The notes beneath the pieces are model-generated. The model did no database searches and had not been told where the DNA came from. It saw only the letters and a program-made list of their open reading frames with translations. Both the position numbers and the translations under genes were made by a program. 64,000 nucleotides of DNA from Malacoraja senta. Lineage: Eukaryota. The stretch spans positions 16,308,001 to 16,372,000 of the forward strand of contig CM075989.1 of assembly GCA_038087875.1 (NCBI GenBank), written 5' to 3'. Below are positions 1 to 12,090 of this stretch, piece by piece (positions within the stretch are counted from its first letter, which is position 1; each line of letters begins with the position of its first letter).

Positions 1-967
1 TAGAAAATATGCAAACTTCTGAGATAAAGTGCAGTACATACTCCCAGCAAAAACTGTAAGACTATATTTTATTAATCGCCTTTGCCACTTCAAATAACTT
101 CAAAGACTACAAGTGTTTTTTTCTTTGAATAACCATGAGACAATACTAGAGATTGAGGCCTAACAAATACACTGGACAATATATCTGTATTTCTACATAC
201 AGGAATCACGAATTTTTATGTAACAAAAAGCACTGACAACACCTAACATATCAAAAAGTAGGCATGTAAAGAAAAAAAACAGTATTACCATTGCAGGTCA
301 AAGACCCTTGATCAGACATCTCCCATATTACTAAACAGTCTTTAACTTGAAACATTTACACTGCTCCTTATTTTACCGATCTACCGGACGTGCTGACTTT
401 TTACAGTATTTTATTTTCATTTCAAATATCCAATATCTGCTGATTTTTATTCTCAAAATATTTGTTGTCTAAAGTTATACACGTCAAAATAAATACTTGC
501 TAAAACGGAAATTATGGGTAGATTTTATATCAAACCACAAAAAGTGAAAATTATTCGTTTTTAACCGATAGTTTGTCAGATAAGGGGTTGCTTTGCGATA
601 GTATTAAAAAAACGTTCTGTCAGAGTGCCAGTCTATTTGCGGATGCAAACTCCGACCAAACGTTATCGATAATATACACTGGATCAAAACATATGTATTA
701 ACGGACGTTAATCGGACCATTCACTATTTTGCAGGTGAAATGAAATTATACAACATTATAGCACAAAACAATCATTTTCACCGATAAAAGGACATTTAAT
801 TTACTATGACCTATTTGTGTTGACGCAAGAGACGTTAAACAGTTTAACAGTTAAACATTTACAACAGTTCCCATTGGAACCGTGGAGGTAGGCTTTGGCC
901 AAGGCCCACAAAAAGGCGGCGGCGATAAGCCGCGGCCTTCTTTCACTTTAATGAAGGCTTCTCGCAC

Positions 968-1102
968 CTGTTTCAGCCTTGCAATGAGAACAGTTTTGAC
1001 ACCACTTATGTCTAGATTCCGCCGTTTAAGTTCTGATTTGAGATCTACGACACGCAAATCTGTGATGCACCGTGCCTCGACGGCGCTGGGAACAGCGGCC
1101 AT
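968..1102 (-). CDS. SLTM: SLTM (SAFB-like transcription modulator) first coding exon, SAP domain; rest of gene lies left of the window
   Basis: ATG at 1102 gives [45 protein letters not shown] (45 aa). This matches the SLTM SAP domain as I recall it ([33 protein letters not shown]). It ends at a phase-0 donor CAG|GTGCGA. SLTM is the known neighbour of RNF111 in vertebrates. Confidence 0.9.
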
Positions 1103-1480
1103 TTTACGCGTCTCCACCACCGACCCGACCCGTGCTCGAGCGCTGGCAGCGCGACCCCGCCCCCCCCTTCACTGCCTGCGCGCGCGCAGCCCGCCAACCC
1201 CCACCCCCCGCGAGCGCAGCCCGACAACCCCCTCCCCCCCGCGCCACGTGACCTAGCCTCTCGCGCGCGCAGCGCGAACCCGCTCCCCCTTGACTGCCTG
1301 CGCGCGCGCAGCCCGCCACCCCCCTCCCCCCCGCGCGTGACCCCGCCTCTCGCGCGCGCGCGCAGCCCGACACCCCCCTGCCCCCGCGTAACCCCGCCCT
1401 CCACCCCGCGCGCGATCCGTCAGGCGCCCGGATGTAGTCAGCTGCTGCTGCCGCAAAGGAGGGGGCGACAGTCGAGATAG
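1060..1480 (-). promoter_or_regulatory. CpG-island promoter/5'UTR of SLTM
   Basis: Very high GC and CpG density. YY1-like AAAATGGCCG overlaps the ATG. USF/E-box CACGTGAC at 1245-1252 and ETS-like CCGGATGT at 1428-1435. Confidence 0.65.
1140..1420. repeat. Imperfect GC-rich tandem repeat (GCGCGCGCAGCCCG(A/C)CA-C-run units)
   Basis: The unit gcgcgcgcagcccg..acccccc recurs several times with variable spacing. Confidence 0.7.
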
Positions 1481-1694
1481 AGAGTGGAAGTGGATGGGGC
1501 CCGGCCTCAGGGAGGGAGGGAGGGAGAGAGTGGAAGTGGATGGGGCCCGGCCTCAGGGAGGGAGGGAGGGAGAGAGTGGAAGTGGATGGGGCCCGGCCTC
1601 AGGGAGGGAGGGAGGGAGAGAGTGGAAGTGGATGGGGCCCGGCCTCAGGGAGGGAGGGAGGGAGGGAGAGAGTGGAAGTGGATGGGGCCCGGCC
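1481..1694 (+). repeat. 46-bp minisatellite, ~4.5 copies, containing (GGGA)4-5, followed by (GA)n
   Basis: AGAGTGGAAG starts at 1481, 1527, 1573, 1619 and 1669. Units are otherwise identical apart from one extra GGGA. Confidence 0.95.
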
Positions 1695-2239
1695 GGAGAG
1701 AGAGAGGGGGGGGGGGACAGAGAGAGAGAGAGAGAGAGAGGGGGGGACAGAGAGAGAGGGGCATGGGTGGGGACCCGGCCTCTTGCGAGGATGTATTGTG
1801 TGGGGCTGGCCTCTAGCGAGGACAGGGGAGTTGATGAGGGCCCGCCCTCAAGGGGACAGGGAATGGTGGTGGGGACCCAGTTTCCAGCGGGGGAGGGGTG
1901 GGCGGCTTCCATTGAGGACAGGGAGTGGGAGGGGCCCGGCTTCTAGCGGGGAGGAGGAGCGGGTAGGGTCCCAGTTTCCGCTGGGCATGTAGGGGTAGTG
2001 ACAGCGAATGAAATCTGACAGGAAAAACGTTCTGATGGGCCGCCACTTACTGAAGGAAGCGCGACTCTAAGCCTTTCACTGATAAATGGAAGGCACGAAT
2101 GCTTTTATGGATTGATAGATTTCATGGTCCTCACTCTCACTTCACAAAAACACTAAAGTCCTGGTGAAAAAGTTTGTCCCAATTGTTCCCACGAATGTTT
2201 GCTGATGGGTTGGCTGTTTTCTGAGTGGGTATTAAATTT

Positions 2240-2372
2240 ATAGGAAGGAACTGCAGATGCCAGTTATAAATACACCGAAGATACAAAATGCTGGAGTACA
2301 TCAGCGGGACAGGTAGCATCTCTGGAGAGAAGCAATGTGTGATGTTTCGGGTCGAGACCCTTCTTCAGACTT
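2240..2372 (-). mobile_element. Penelope-type short element with hammerhead core
   Basis: Reverse complement of 2341-2371 reads AGTCTGAAGAAGGGTCTCGACCCGAAACATC, followed by the family body (ctccagagatgc...ctccagcattttgt...gcatctgcagttcc). Confidence 0.7.
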
Positions 2373-2399
2373 CAGTCTTAAATTTGATCGATTAAAAGA

Positions 2400-2805
2400 T
2401 GCAGCATGGATACAGGCCCTTCAGCCCACCGAGACCACACCGACCATCGATCGTTCACAGTACGTTATCCCACTTTCGCATCCACTTCCTACACACTTGG
2501 AGCGATTTTGCAGATGCCGATTACCCCATAAAAACCCGCACTTTTGGATGTGGGAAGAAGCTCACACGGTATAAGGGAGTGTGTAGGAAGTAGCTGCAGA
2601 TGCTGGTTTAAACGGAAGATAGCCACAAAGAGCATTCATTTTCTCCAGAAACTGTCTGACCCGCTGAGTTGCTCCAGCTTTTTGTGTCTATCTTCGGTAG
2701 GTAACAGGGAGAACGTGCAAACTCCACACAGAAGACCGCACCCGAGGTCAGCATCGAACCCAGGTCTCTGGCTCTGAGAGATAGCAGCTCTATCAGCTGC
2801 ACCGT
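2400..2805 (-). mobile_element. HE1-like V-SINE interrupted by a Penelope-type fragment (~2575-2698)
   Basis: SINE tail (acaggcccttcagcccaccgag), V-domain remnants and a B-box-like GGTTCGATGC on the - strand. Confidence 0.6.
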
Positions 2806-2929
2806 CCAAATTCATTGATATAACATCGGTATTTTTTTTAGAAAGATAATGTAATTTTGAATTGCATCGAGCTGTAAAACTCCTGCATCTTCCCCCATCC
2901 TGAGAGCTTCCACCAGTGTCTGCAGCAGC

Positions 2930-3356
2930 TAAAGTCACTGCAACGCATGCGCTTCACCGTCTCCCCGCTCGTCTCACGGCTGAAAACGGCTCTCGGTGAA
3001 TGTTTTATCAGAGCCGACTGACACCGGTCACTTTTGTTTTGTACATTAACCCAAATTTGGTGGGGGAAGAGGTCCGAGAGATGGTTGCGAGAGGCGATCT
3101 GGTCATGTTTTGGCCCCAGCAAACAAAGCCGGTGTCGTAAATGAGAGTGGCTGTGGCGAAGGCCGTCGCTGTCGTGAAGCCGGGGGAGTGCCGTGCGGTG
3201 TATTGTGCAAGACTCGCGCGAGCCTCCCCGGGCCGCGCTGCGATTGCCGTCGACTCGGCGCTGCTGTAAACAAGAGGCCAATTCTTCAAAGAAATGTCTC
3301 AATAAACCTCTGTGTGGAGATAATGTGCGACTGGTAGCACTTGCGCCGAAGCTTCG
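2930..3356 (+). promoter_or_regulatory. RNF111: Second CpG-rich block: probable RNF111 promoter and non-coding exon 1 (donor CG|GTAAGC after 3356)
   Basis: CpG-rich unique sequence with an NRF1-like CGCATGCGC at 2944-2952. A strong donor is followed by AT-rich intron-like sequence. The TSS cannot be determined. Confidence 0.55.
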
Positions 3357-4059
3357 GTAAGCTCCTTTTTCATGTCACTCGACATTTTTCTATTTTAATT
3401 CCACACAGTATTTTAACCGTCTTCCCGGCAGGTTAAAAAGTGAATCTAAAGTCCCGGCCTGGTCATCTCCTTTCGAGCTGCTGACGTTTGTAGGCTTGAG
3501 TGTGTGACTCTCTTCTCGCCTCCCCCAAACGTCCGCATTATTTATTCAATAGCACTTGTAATGAGGGTGTGGGGGGTGGGGAGAAGTTTGAAACCCTTCG
3601 ATATTCTCTTGCAAGTCTTTACCACATTTTAACAGATGCGCAGTGAAAATTATTTTAAGTGTTTTAACTGTGGTTGCCAGGGAGTGATGTAGGATTCTCA
3701 ATAGCAGATGAACTATCTGTGTTGATTGATTGAATACTTTATAACGGGAAGTCTTGTATCTTATGTAATGTCTTCATATTTTCATATTCAATTGAGCAGT
3801 TATTAATTTCTGTGCAGGAAAGTCAACAGTACTTTAGATTTGATTCTGAAAGTGAGTACATCAATGTAATCTGTCCGATGTTGATTTTAAGCCTTTATGA
3901 TTTTTATGGTTTAAATTGTATTTTGTCATCTTTTGAAGGATAGTCAAAACTAGTTTAGATTTGGTTCTGAAAGTGGTCTGTTGAGGCTTGAATTTAAGCC
4001 TTTAATACATTTTATTGTTTAAATTGTTTTCTATTAACTTTTTAAATTGATGTCACATG

Positions 4060-5930
4060 AAATGGTGTTACTGTTGAGACTGAAGGCAGATAAATCCCCA
4101 GGGCCTGATGGTCTGCATCCCAGATTACTCAAGGAGGTGGCCCTAGAAATCGTGGATGCATTGGTGATCATTTTCCAATGTTTTCTGTGGACTGGAGGGT
4201 AGCCAATGTAACTCCACTTTTAAAGATGGGAGAGAAAAAACGGGAAATTATAGATGAGTTAGCCTTAAAGCCCTGTCCCACGGTACGAGTTCATTCCAAG
4301 AGCTCTCCCGAGTTTAAAAAAAATCAAACTCGTGGTAAGCACAGAGAATGAATGTAGCGGGTACGTTGGAGCTCGGGGACTTCTCTTAGCGCTAACGGCA
4401 GGTACTCGGGAAGACTCGCTAACGGCAGGTAAGCACGGGAAGACTCGTGAAGATTTTTCAACATGATGAAAAATGTCCACGAGTACCGACGAGTGGCCAT
4501 TACCGTAAATCTCAGAGTTCGAATCAGGGCAAACTCGGGAGAACTCATGGAATGAACTCGTACTGTGGGACAGGGCTTTAACATCGGTAGTGGGGAAGAT
4601 GCTTGAGTCGATTATTAAAGATGTTATAGCAGTCCATTTGGAAAGCAGTGACAGGATCGGTCAAAGTCAGCATGGATTTGTGAAGGGGAAATCATGCTTG
4701 ACTAATCTTCTGGAATTTTTTGAGGATGTAACGAGTAGAATGGATAAGGGAAAGCCAGTGGATGTGGTGTATCTGGACTTTCAAAAAGCCTTTGACAAGG
4801 TCCCACACAATAGATTAATGTGCAAAATTAGAGCACATGTTATTGGGGGTAAGGTATTGACATGGATAGAGAACTGGTTGGCAGACAGGAAGCAAAGAGT
4901 AAGAATTAACGGGTGCTTTTCAGAATGGCAGGCAGTGACTAGTGGGGTGCCGCAAGGCTCGGTGCTGGGCCCCCAGTTATTTACAATATATATTAACGAT
5001 TTAGACAAGGGAATTAAATGTAACATCTCCAAGTTTGTGGATGACACAAAGCTGGGTGGCAGTGTGAGCTGTGAGGAGGATGCTTTTTGGCTGCAGGGTG
5101 ACTTGGTTAGGTTGGGTAAGTGGGCAGATGCAGTATAATGTGGATAAATGTGAGGTTATCCACTTTGGTGGCAAGAACAGGAAGGCAGATTATTAACTGA
5201 ATGGTGCCAGATTAGGAAAAGGGGAGGTGCAATGAGACCTGGGTGTGCTTCTTCATCAGTCACTGAAAGTAAGCATGTAGGCACAGCAGACAGTGAAGAT
5301 TTGATTTCAGGAGCAAGGGGGTCCAACTGCAGTTGTACAGGGCCCTGGTGAGACCACACCTGGAGTATTGTGTACAATTTTGTTCTCCTAATTTGAGGAG
5401 AGACATTATTGTTTTTGAGGGAGTGCAGTGCAGGTTCACCAGGTTAATTCCCGGGATGGCGGGACTGGCATATGATGAAAGAATGGGTCGACTGAGCTTG
5501 TATTCTCTGGAATTTTGAAGGATGAGAGGGGATCTAATAGAAACATATAAAATTCTTATAGGATTGGACAGGCTAGATGCAGGAAAAGTGTTCCCGATGT
5601 TGGAGGAGTCCTGAACCAGCGGTCACAGGTTAAAAATCAGGCGTAGGCCATTTAGGACTGACATGATGAAAAACGTTTGCACCCCCAGAGGGTTGTGAAT
5701 CTGTGGAATTCTCTGCCGCAGAAGGCAGTGGAGGCTGATTCACTGGATGTTTTCAAGAGAGAGTTAGATTTAGCTCTTGGGGCTAAAGGAATCGGGGGGG
5801 TATGGGGAAAAAGCAGGAATGGGTTACTGATTTTAGATGATCGGCCATGATCATATTGAATGGCGATGCTGGCTCAAAGGGCCGAATGGCCTATTCCTGC
5901 ACCTATTTTTCTATGTTCTATGTTTCTAAT
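4060..5930 (+). mobile_element. CR1/HER1-type LINE, 5'-truncated, degraded ORF2 reverse transcriptase plus 3' UTR
   Basis: KSPGPDGLHP, QHGFVKGKSCLTNL, YLDFQKAFDKVPH, SGVPQGSVLGP and FVDD motifs, with frameshifts and stops. Tail ggccgaatggcct...ctatgttctatgtttcta. Confidence 0.92.
4268..4578. mobile_element. PIF/Harbinger-like MITE nested in the CR1
   Basis: TIRs AAGCCCTGTCCCAC...GTGGGACAGGGCTT with long subterminal inverted repeats and TTA/TAA flanks. CR1 sequence resumes after it. Second copy at 48349. Confidence 0.75.
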
Positions 5931-6104
5931 AAGACAGTTAAATAAAGGGGGGAAAAAGCTTATAAAATAATTGTCAAAATTTAACTTTCCAAACCCAATG
6001 ATTATGTCATCGCAAAAACCCAAAGGAAATACTTAATGTAAAATTATTATAAAACTAGATTTTTGTGCACCTTTATCTTTCCAGGTGAAAATAAGAACTA
6101 GTTT

Positions 6105-6612
6105 GACAAGTCCAGAACAAGGGGTCACAGTTTAAGGATAAGAGGGAAGTCTTTTAGGACCGAGATGAGAAAATCATTTTTTACACAGAGAGTGGTGAAT
6201 CTGTGGAATTCTCTGCCACAGAAGGTAGTTGAGGCCAGTTCATTGGCTATATTTAAGAGGGAGTTAGATGTGGCCCTTGTGGCTTAATAATAATAATAAT
6301 AATGGATTTTATTTACGGGCGCCTTATACCGAGGTCTCAAGGACACCATACAGAGATTTATAGAAAACATATAATCAGAATTAAAAAAAAATAGGTTATA
6401 AAGACCAATACATAAATCAGGGACAGAATTCCTTCCAAAAACACACAAAAAAAGAAAATCAGAAGCACAGCTTAAGGGATCAGGGGGTATGGAGAGAAGG
6501 CAGGGATGGGATACTGAGTTGGATGATCAGCTATGATCATGTCGAATGACGGTGCAGGTTCGAAGGGCCGAATGGCCTACTCCTGCACCTATTTTCTATG
6601 TTTCTATGTTAA
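6105..6612 (+). mobile_element. CR1/HER1 3' fragment interrupted by an L2-like 3' end
   Basis: Aligns by eye with 5610-5930 (gtggtgaatctgtggaattctctgcc...gggccgaatggcctactcctgcacc). Confidence 0.85.
6288..6469 (-). mobile_element. L2-like LINE 3' end with (TTA)n tail, copy 1
   Basis: The - strand ends ccttgagacctcggtataaggcgcccgtaaataaaatccattattatt. Flanked by a GCTTAA duplication (6282-6287 and 6470-6475). Confidence 0.6.
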
Positions 6613-7393
6613 GATTATCATTAATTATGAATTAATTTCACCTATGTAAGATTTAATATTGTTTGAGGTAATAGAATGTTGCACATTTTTTCGAAATAGG
6701 GCCATCTAATTCTGGGGGATAAAACAGTCATTTACCATTTTGTTCCCTGGATGGGCTGTCAGTTTAGAATTTTATCTTTTGGATAAGAAGGAGAGATGTC
6801 AAACTGTTAATAAAATCAGGACTTACTGTTCATATAGGCATACATTTAATCAGGCTGTATTGGTGATATAAACTTCAGTTTTTTGTAGTTCAAATGTTCT
6901 CACTGCACGAGATGAAATGTCTGTGTCTTTTGGATCGACTTGTATTTTAAGATTGTTGCACAAAGGCCAGTTATCTTTTTGACAAAAAGTTCTGTTTGAT
7001 TTAACCAAATAATTGTATGAAATAGAATTTATTCTGTTTCATATGCCATACCATAAATATTCATACACTAGAATTCCATTTATTTTTTGTTATTTGCAGA
7101 GTAGACGAGCTCTGAAATAGTACTCTGAAATTTGTACTCCGCCTGACCAACAATACAGATTATTTTCTTATTTAACAATGCTGAACATTAAGATCCATTT
7201 AAGAAAAAGAAAAAAATACTGTACTGGCATGATGTAACAACATTTTACATACTTTTACCTTTAATATTTAATTAGACTGTTTTGGAGAATAGATGTGTGG
7301 GTTTACAACATTTCTTGCTTATTGATTTACAGTAGTTGCATGTCATATTTCTATATTCCGCTTTCTTCAGAAATAAGAATATTTTGGTCTTAG

Positions 7394-7609
7394 TAATAAT
7401 AATAATAATGGATTTTATTTACGGGCGCCTTATACCGAGGTCTCAAGGACACCATACAGAGATTTATAGAAAACATATAATCAGAATTTTAAAAAAATAG
7501 GTTATAAAGACCAATACATAAATCAGGGACAGAATTCCTTCCAAAAACACAAAAAAAAAGAAAATCAGAAGCACAATTTGAGGAGAGAGCAGCGGCAATT
7601 TAACGCCAC
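7394..7609 (-). mobile_element. L2-like LINE 3' end, copy 2 (near-identical to 6288-6469)
   Basis: About 180 bp shared almost base for base with copy 1, plus ~35 bp extra. Confidence 0.6.
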
Positions 7610-8727
7610 AGTTGATTTAAGTATACAGTTAAATGTTTGTCTTGGGTACTGACCTGGCACATCCATTATTACTTTGCTTTCGAAGTTGTTGTTTGACCCA
7701 GCTTCTTCCAATAGCTTTTTTGTTGCTTCAGATTACAGCATCTTTAGTCGTTTGTCTTCAATGTTTGTCTTCACATTTGTTGGAAGAGGGGATTTGAAGT
7801 GATATTTAAATGTCATTGAGGAATCTAGTTAAGTATATGAGTGAAAAGGAGTAAAAGGACATGCAAGTACGTTTGGAGTGGTGTGGGAGCGGTTTTATGT
7901 CACACCCACGGGGCCCACTGGGCTAAATAATACGCTCAGGACTGGTATTCTTATGACTGGCATGATCAAAGATTTTACGTTATAAAAGGCAGATAGTCAT
8001 TTGTTGACGACTAGGATTGAGTTGGTTCAAATCAAAGCTGATAGTTCATACTTCATTACTGGCTGCTCAACACCCGGCTTGAGATTAACTATTTCTTTGG
8101 TTTATGTTTCATTCGCAAGAAGAAGAAGACTTCATTACTGTATGGGGTTTGAATTTGTGTTAGGAAAAAAGCATATTTACTTAAATAGTGTAGCAAAGCA
8201 TGCAGAGTGGCAAGGCATAGGACGACAGTGGCATATTTCTCCTGATATCAAACTTCCTTTACTTCACTGCATCTTATTACTGAATTGAATAATCAATTAT
8301 TGGGTCTGACAAAATTATGAATTTTTGGTTAATTAATGTCAGTTAGTGAAGAGATGTAGTTTATTTCTGTAACTCTTTATGATATTAGGGATTTTTGCTC
8401 AAATATAATATATTTGGTTGCTTGAAAATTTCTCTTAAGATTATCATAAAGATAATGAGTTGCTGCAAGTCTGTCTGGAACTCGCTTAAGCTTGAATGCA
8501 TCCTGTTCGTACATATTCAGACAATAATAATAATAAATGCAATAATAAAGAAAAATTGTGACTGAATTGGTTATTCAAAATTGAACGACATGATATTAAA
8601 TGTGATTAACTTTTTGGTGAGAATTTTGCTTTAAGTAAAATGTATTAAGCATAATAGTACAATGCATTCATCATTATAAATTGATTTTATGAAAGAAAAA
8701 GGATGAAAGAACACATTTACCACATAT

Positions 8728-8862
8728 GTGTAGAAAAGAACTGCAGATGCTGGTTTAAATTGAAGATAGACACAAAATGCTGGAGTAACGCTGCAGGACA
8801 GGCAGCATCTCTGGAGAGAAGGAATGTGTGACGTTTTGGGTCAAGACCCTTCCTCAGACTGG
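8728..8862 (-). mobile_element. Penelope-type short element, mutated hammerhead core
   Basis: The - strand reads CTGAGGA-A-GGGT-CTTG-ACCC-AAAAC-GTC (G12 to A). Confidence 0.65.
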
Positions 8863-11800
8863 CCATTTATCACATTTTTGGGACATTAGTTCCACACATT
8901 GAGCTTTTATTAAATACCAAATATGTGGAAGTAATATATATCAGTAATAAACATATGGTAAATAATCAATTTGATTGGTGGGGAGTCAGCAGAAAACAAC
9001 ATGTATCTGAAGGATAATTAAAGATGTTTTGGTGGAAATTGAATTTTACCCATTTTTGGGCACAGAATCGATATAACGTTTGCCATCATGTCTAACTGGA
9101 GGCCTCCAGTTTGGGGTATCTTCACTGGTAGTAATTGGTTTATTTGCTATATGAAATATTAACACCTGATGTTCTTTCAGCAATAACAGCAGCAGAAATA
9201 TGCTATTGCATTTGAATGCTGCTCATGGGGGGAAAAGTCCATCAGCACTGTTAGAGGGACCTTTCTTCACCAGCCATTCAGGGGGTCATGGAGATAAGAA
9301 ACTGCGATGGGCAGAAGTTTGAAAGCAATTTGATGGAGAATCCTGTGAGCTACTAAATGTCTTAAATGAGCCAATTGCCACATCTGGCCTAGACAGTATA
9401 AGGCCACTCTATTCCATTCATTGGGCCTGACTACTGAATGGTGGTGGGCAGTAGAGGGGGGTAAGCAATGATCTCTAGCTAATGGCCCCCCAACCCTTCC
9501 CACTGTTCTTCCCCCCCAACCCCTTACTACCTCCAACTCGTGCCAGACTTGTCATGCTATGGCTGGTCCCGAATCAACATGGTTAGTGTCAATGCTCGTG
9601 GTTTTCAGTAATGAGATATATGATACCATATAACCAACACCAAGTTCCCTCACTACCCCCAATTCCAAGTCTCTTGAAAATATAAAATTTTGTTCTAGCT
9701 TTAACTTTAATCATGCAAGCTTCAGTACTTTCAATGTGATGTACTCCTTGTTGAACTGTGAATTAATAACAAAGGTCACCGGTTTGATCATACTGTCAAT
9801 AAGTAAGTGATTGATCATGTCTTCACATGCACAATGTGCAACAAGAAGATGACACAGATGTTCAGGTGAAGCAGGAAAGGAAGAGTCTGTTCCAATTTCC
9901 TAAACGGGCATGTGTTTCAATGTTTTTTATGCATGCATAAAATGGGTCCAATCTCCAGCAAATGGAGATTTCAAACACTTATTCCAAACACTTTTATTGG
10001 AAGCCTTTGAAATTTTAAACTTAATGTCGTAATCCATTAGTTGCTTGACTCATATTTCTATTTAAAAGATTCATTATAAGAAAAATATTCTGGCAAATTG
10101 ATCTGTACCAAGATGATTCAAGCCCAACAGAGAGACTTGATTGGCAATATTCTATCTGCTCTGTTATCAATTACCTTGTAGAAGTATTAAATCAAAGTAT
10201 TGACTACTTTTTTCCAAATTTTCATTTCCTTCACTTCATTATGTGGAGTTATGAAGGTCATATGAATATCCATAATCTTGAATACGTCATACTTGTTTCT
10301 TCAGATCCTAGCTAAAGATGGAAATTCTGAGCCATATCCACAGGCCACTATGAATGTGATTTGTACAATGAGACTGTTTAATATATAGTTTTAATTTCCC
10401 ATTTGAGGCACACCCCACAAATTGCCACATGCTTAATCCAAGGCCTCCTGTTATCAATAGTATCTTGTAGCTTTAGATCTTGTTACAGCTTTGTTTATTC
10501 CAACATTTCTATTGATGTTTTTTTTAAATTGCGCATAATTTATGAAATGCAGAGCTGCTATTTTGAATTTTGCATGTTTCAATATATTGGAAGCAATCTC
10601 AGAATAAAGTTTCCAATTCAGAAATGAATTTAGTGTTCCAGGATATATATCAAAAACAAGAACAATGATGTGTAATCCATTTATACAAATAAAATATTGC
10701 TGTTTATGGGTATAAAAACTTGGCTCGACACTTCCATTGTAGAAAATATAACCATACAAAGTGTACAGTTTAATAGTAAATGCAAGTCAAAGGAAGCAAA
10801 ATATAGCCACCTCTTGTATATGACTTGTCAAAATATGAACGAATAGAAATCATAATTTCTCAAGACTAATAATTTTCACCACTAATTCCTTCCCTCTTGT
10901 GTTTGTCTTTCATTTCTGCTCTTTTAAATGCAATCACATGTTCCTTCTTCCGCCCCCCACTGTACCACCCCCCTCCCCACTTTCTTGTTCTTTTCATCAC
11001 TTATAGAAATGGAAACTTTTTTTTTGACCAGCTATATATGCTTTCATAAACCCATTATTTATATTGTTGACACATCAGATACCGGTAAAATACAGAATCT
11101 TTATGGGAATGTTTTAAAACTCTATAAAACTGAAAATACTTCTTCTAGGGTGATATATTTTGACAGTCCTGCCATACAGATAGCTTTGATTTAAATAAAT
11201 CGTACAAGAGAAGTTACTGAATAAAGTGCTTAAAGCCAATTGGATAAATGGTCTTTACGGCTAAGAATTATCATGTGATGCATAATATATATACTGAAAT
11301 GGAGATGACTATCCTTTTTAATACTCGTGAATTAAGAAAATAAATAGATCACGTGGCCCTTCAGGCATGCATTGTCATTCATTTGATTTTAATCTAACCT
11401 CAAACCCACGTTCCCACCAACCCTAAGAACGTTTCACCCACTTACTTAACAAGAACTTTCTTTTATTTGCCTTAAAAAAAAATAAAAAAAAATCTGACTG
11501 CTTCCACCACTCTTTCAAGATTGATTAATTCTCAGCATGAAAAAACATGTCTTGACTGGATGACTTCCTATTTTTAAGTGGAGACTCCCTTGTCCTAGAT
11601 TCCCCCAAAATATACCTATTATTTACATCACCTCTCTCTCTTCTCGAGTCTGACAGCATAACCTGTCCTTCATTAGAATAATGTCCTTAGGTGTTCAAGT
11701 TACCGTAAGTGTAACAATTGAAAATTGTTACACTTACAGTAACTTGAACACCTAATGACAATTACGGTAACTTGAATACTTAAGGACAAGGAAAATTGTT

Positions 11801-11871
11801 ACATTACTTCGGAAAATGTTCTTGTTTTCACATCTTCTCTTTTTTGATATTTGTAAACCGCGTCAGAAGAG

Positions 11872-12090
11872 GTTTAGTTTAGAGATACAGCACGGAAACA
11901 AGCCCTTCAGCCCACCGAGTCCGTGCCAGCGATCCCTGTACACTAAGAATATCTATCCTACACACTAGGGACAATTTAGAATTTTTTTAACCCAAGCCAA
12001 TTAACCTATGTCATTTGGAACGTGGGAGGAAACAGGCGCACCTGGAGAAAACCCACACAGTCACGGGGAGGAAAGGACAAACTCCTTCTA
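11872..12090 (-). mobile_element. HE1-like V-SINE fragment
   Basis: gtttagtttagagatacagcacggaaacaagccc tail and V-domain (ggagaaaacccacacagtcacgggg). Confidence 0.7.

Noticed and set aside
851..1120. 89-aa ORF as a complete gene, or as SAFB/SAFB2
   Set aside because: Homology covers only 1102-968 and ends at a donor site. The sequence and RNF111 synteny favour SLTM.
1481..1694. Regularly spaced direct repeats as a CRISPR array
   Set aside because: Units are contiguous and identical with no unique spacers, the context is eukaryotic, and there are no cas genes. It is a minisatellite.
1045..2046. Multiple overlapping Gly/Arg/Pro-rich ORFs
   Set aside because: These are by-products of GC-rich tandem repeats that lack stop codons; no domain is recognisable.
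3294..3305. ATG TCT CAA (MSQ) as the true RNF111 start, like mammalian MSQW
   Set aside because: It is immediately followed by TAA and is out of frame with exon 2, so I treat it as a uORF or coincidence.
4590..5138. Reverse transcriptase ORF as a retron, DGR or domesticated gene
   Set aside because: It is a typical fragmented CR1 ORF2 with stops, frameshifts, a nested MITE and a LINE 3' tail.
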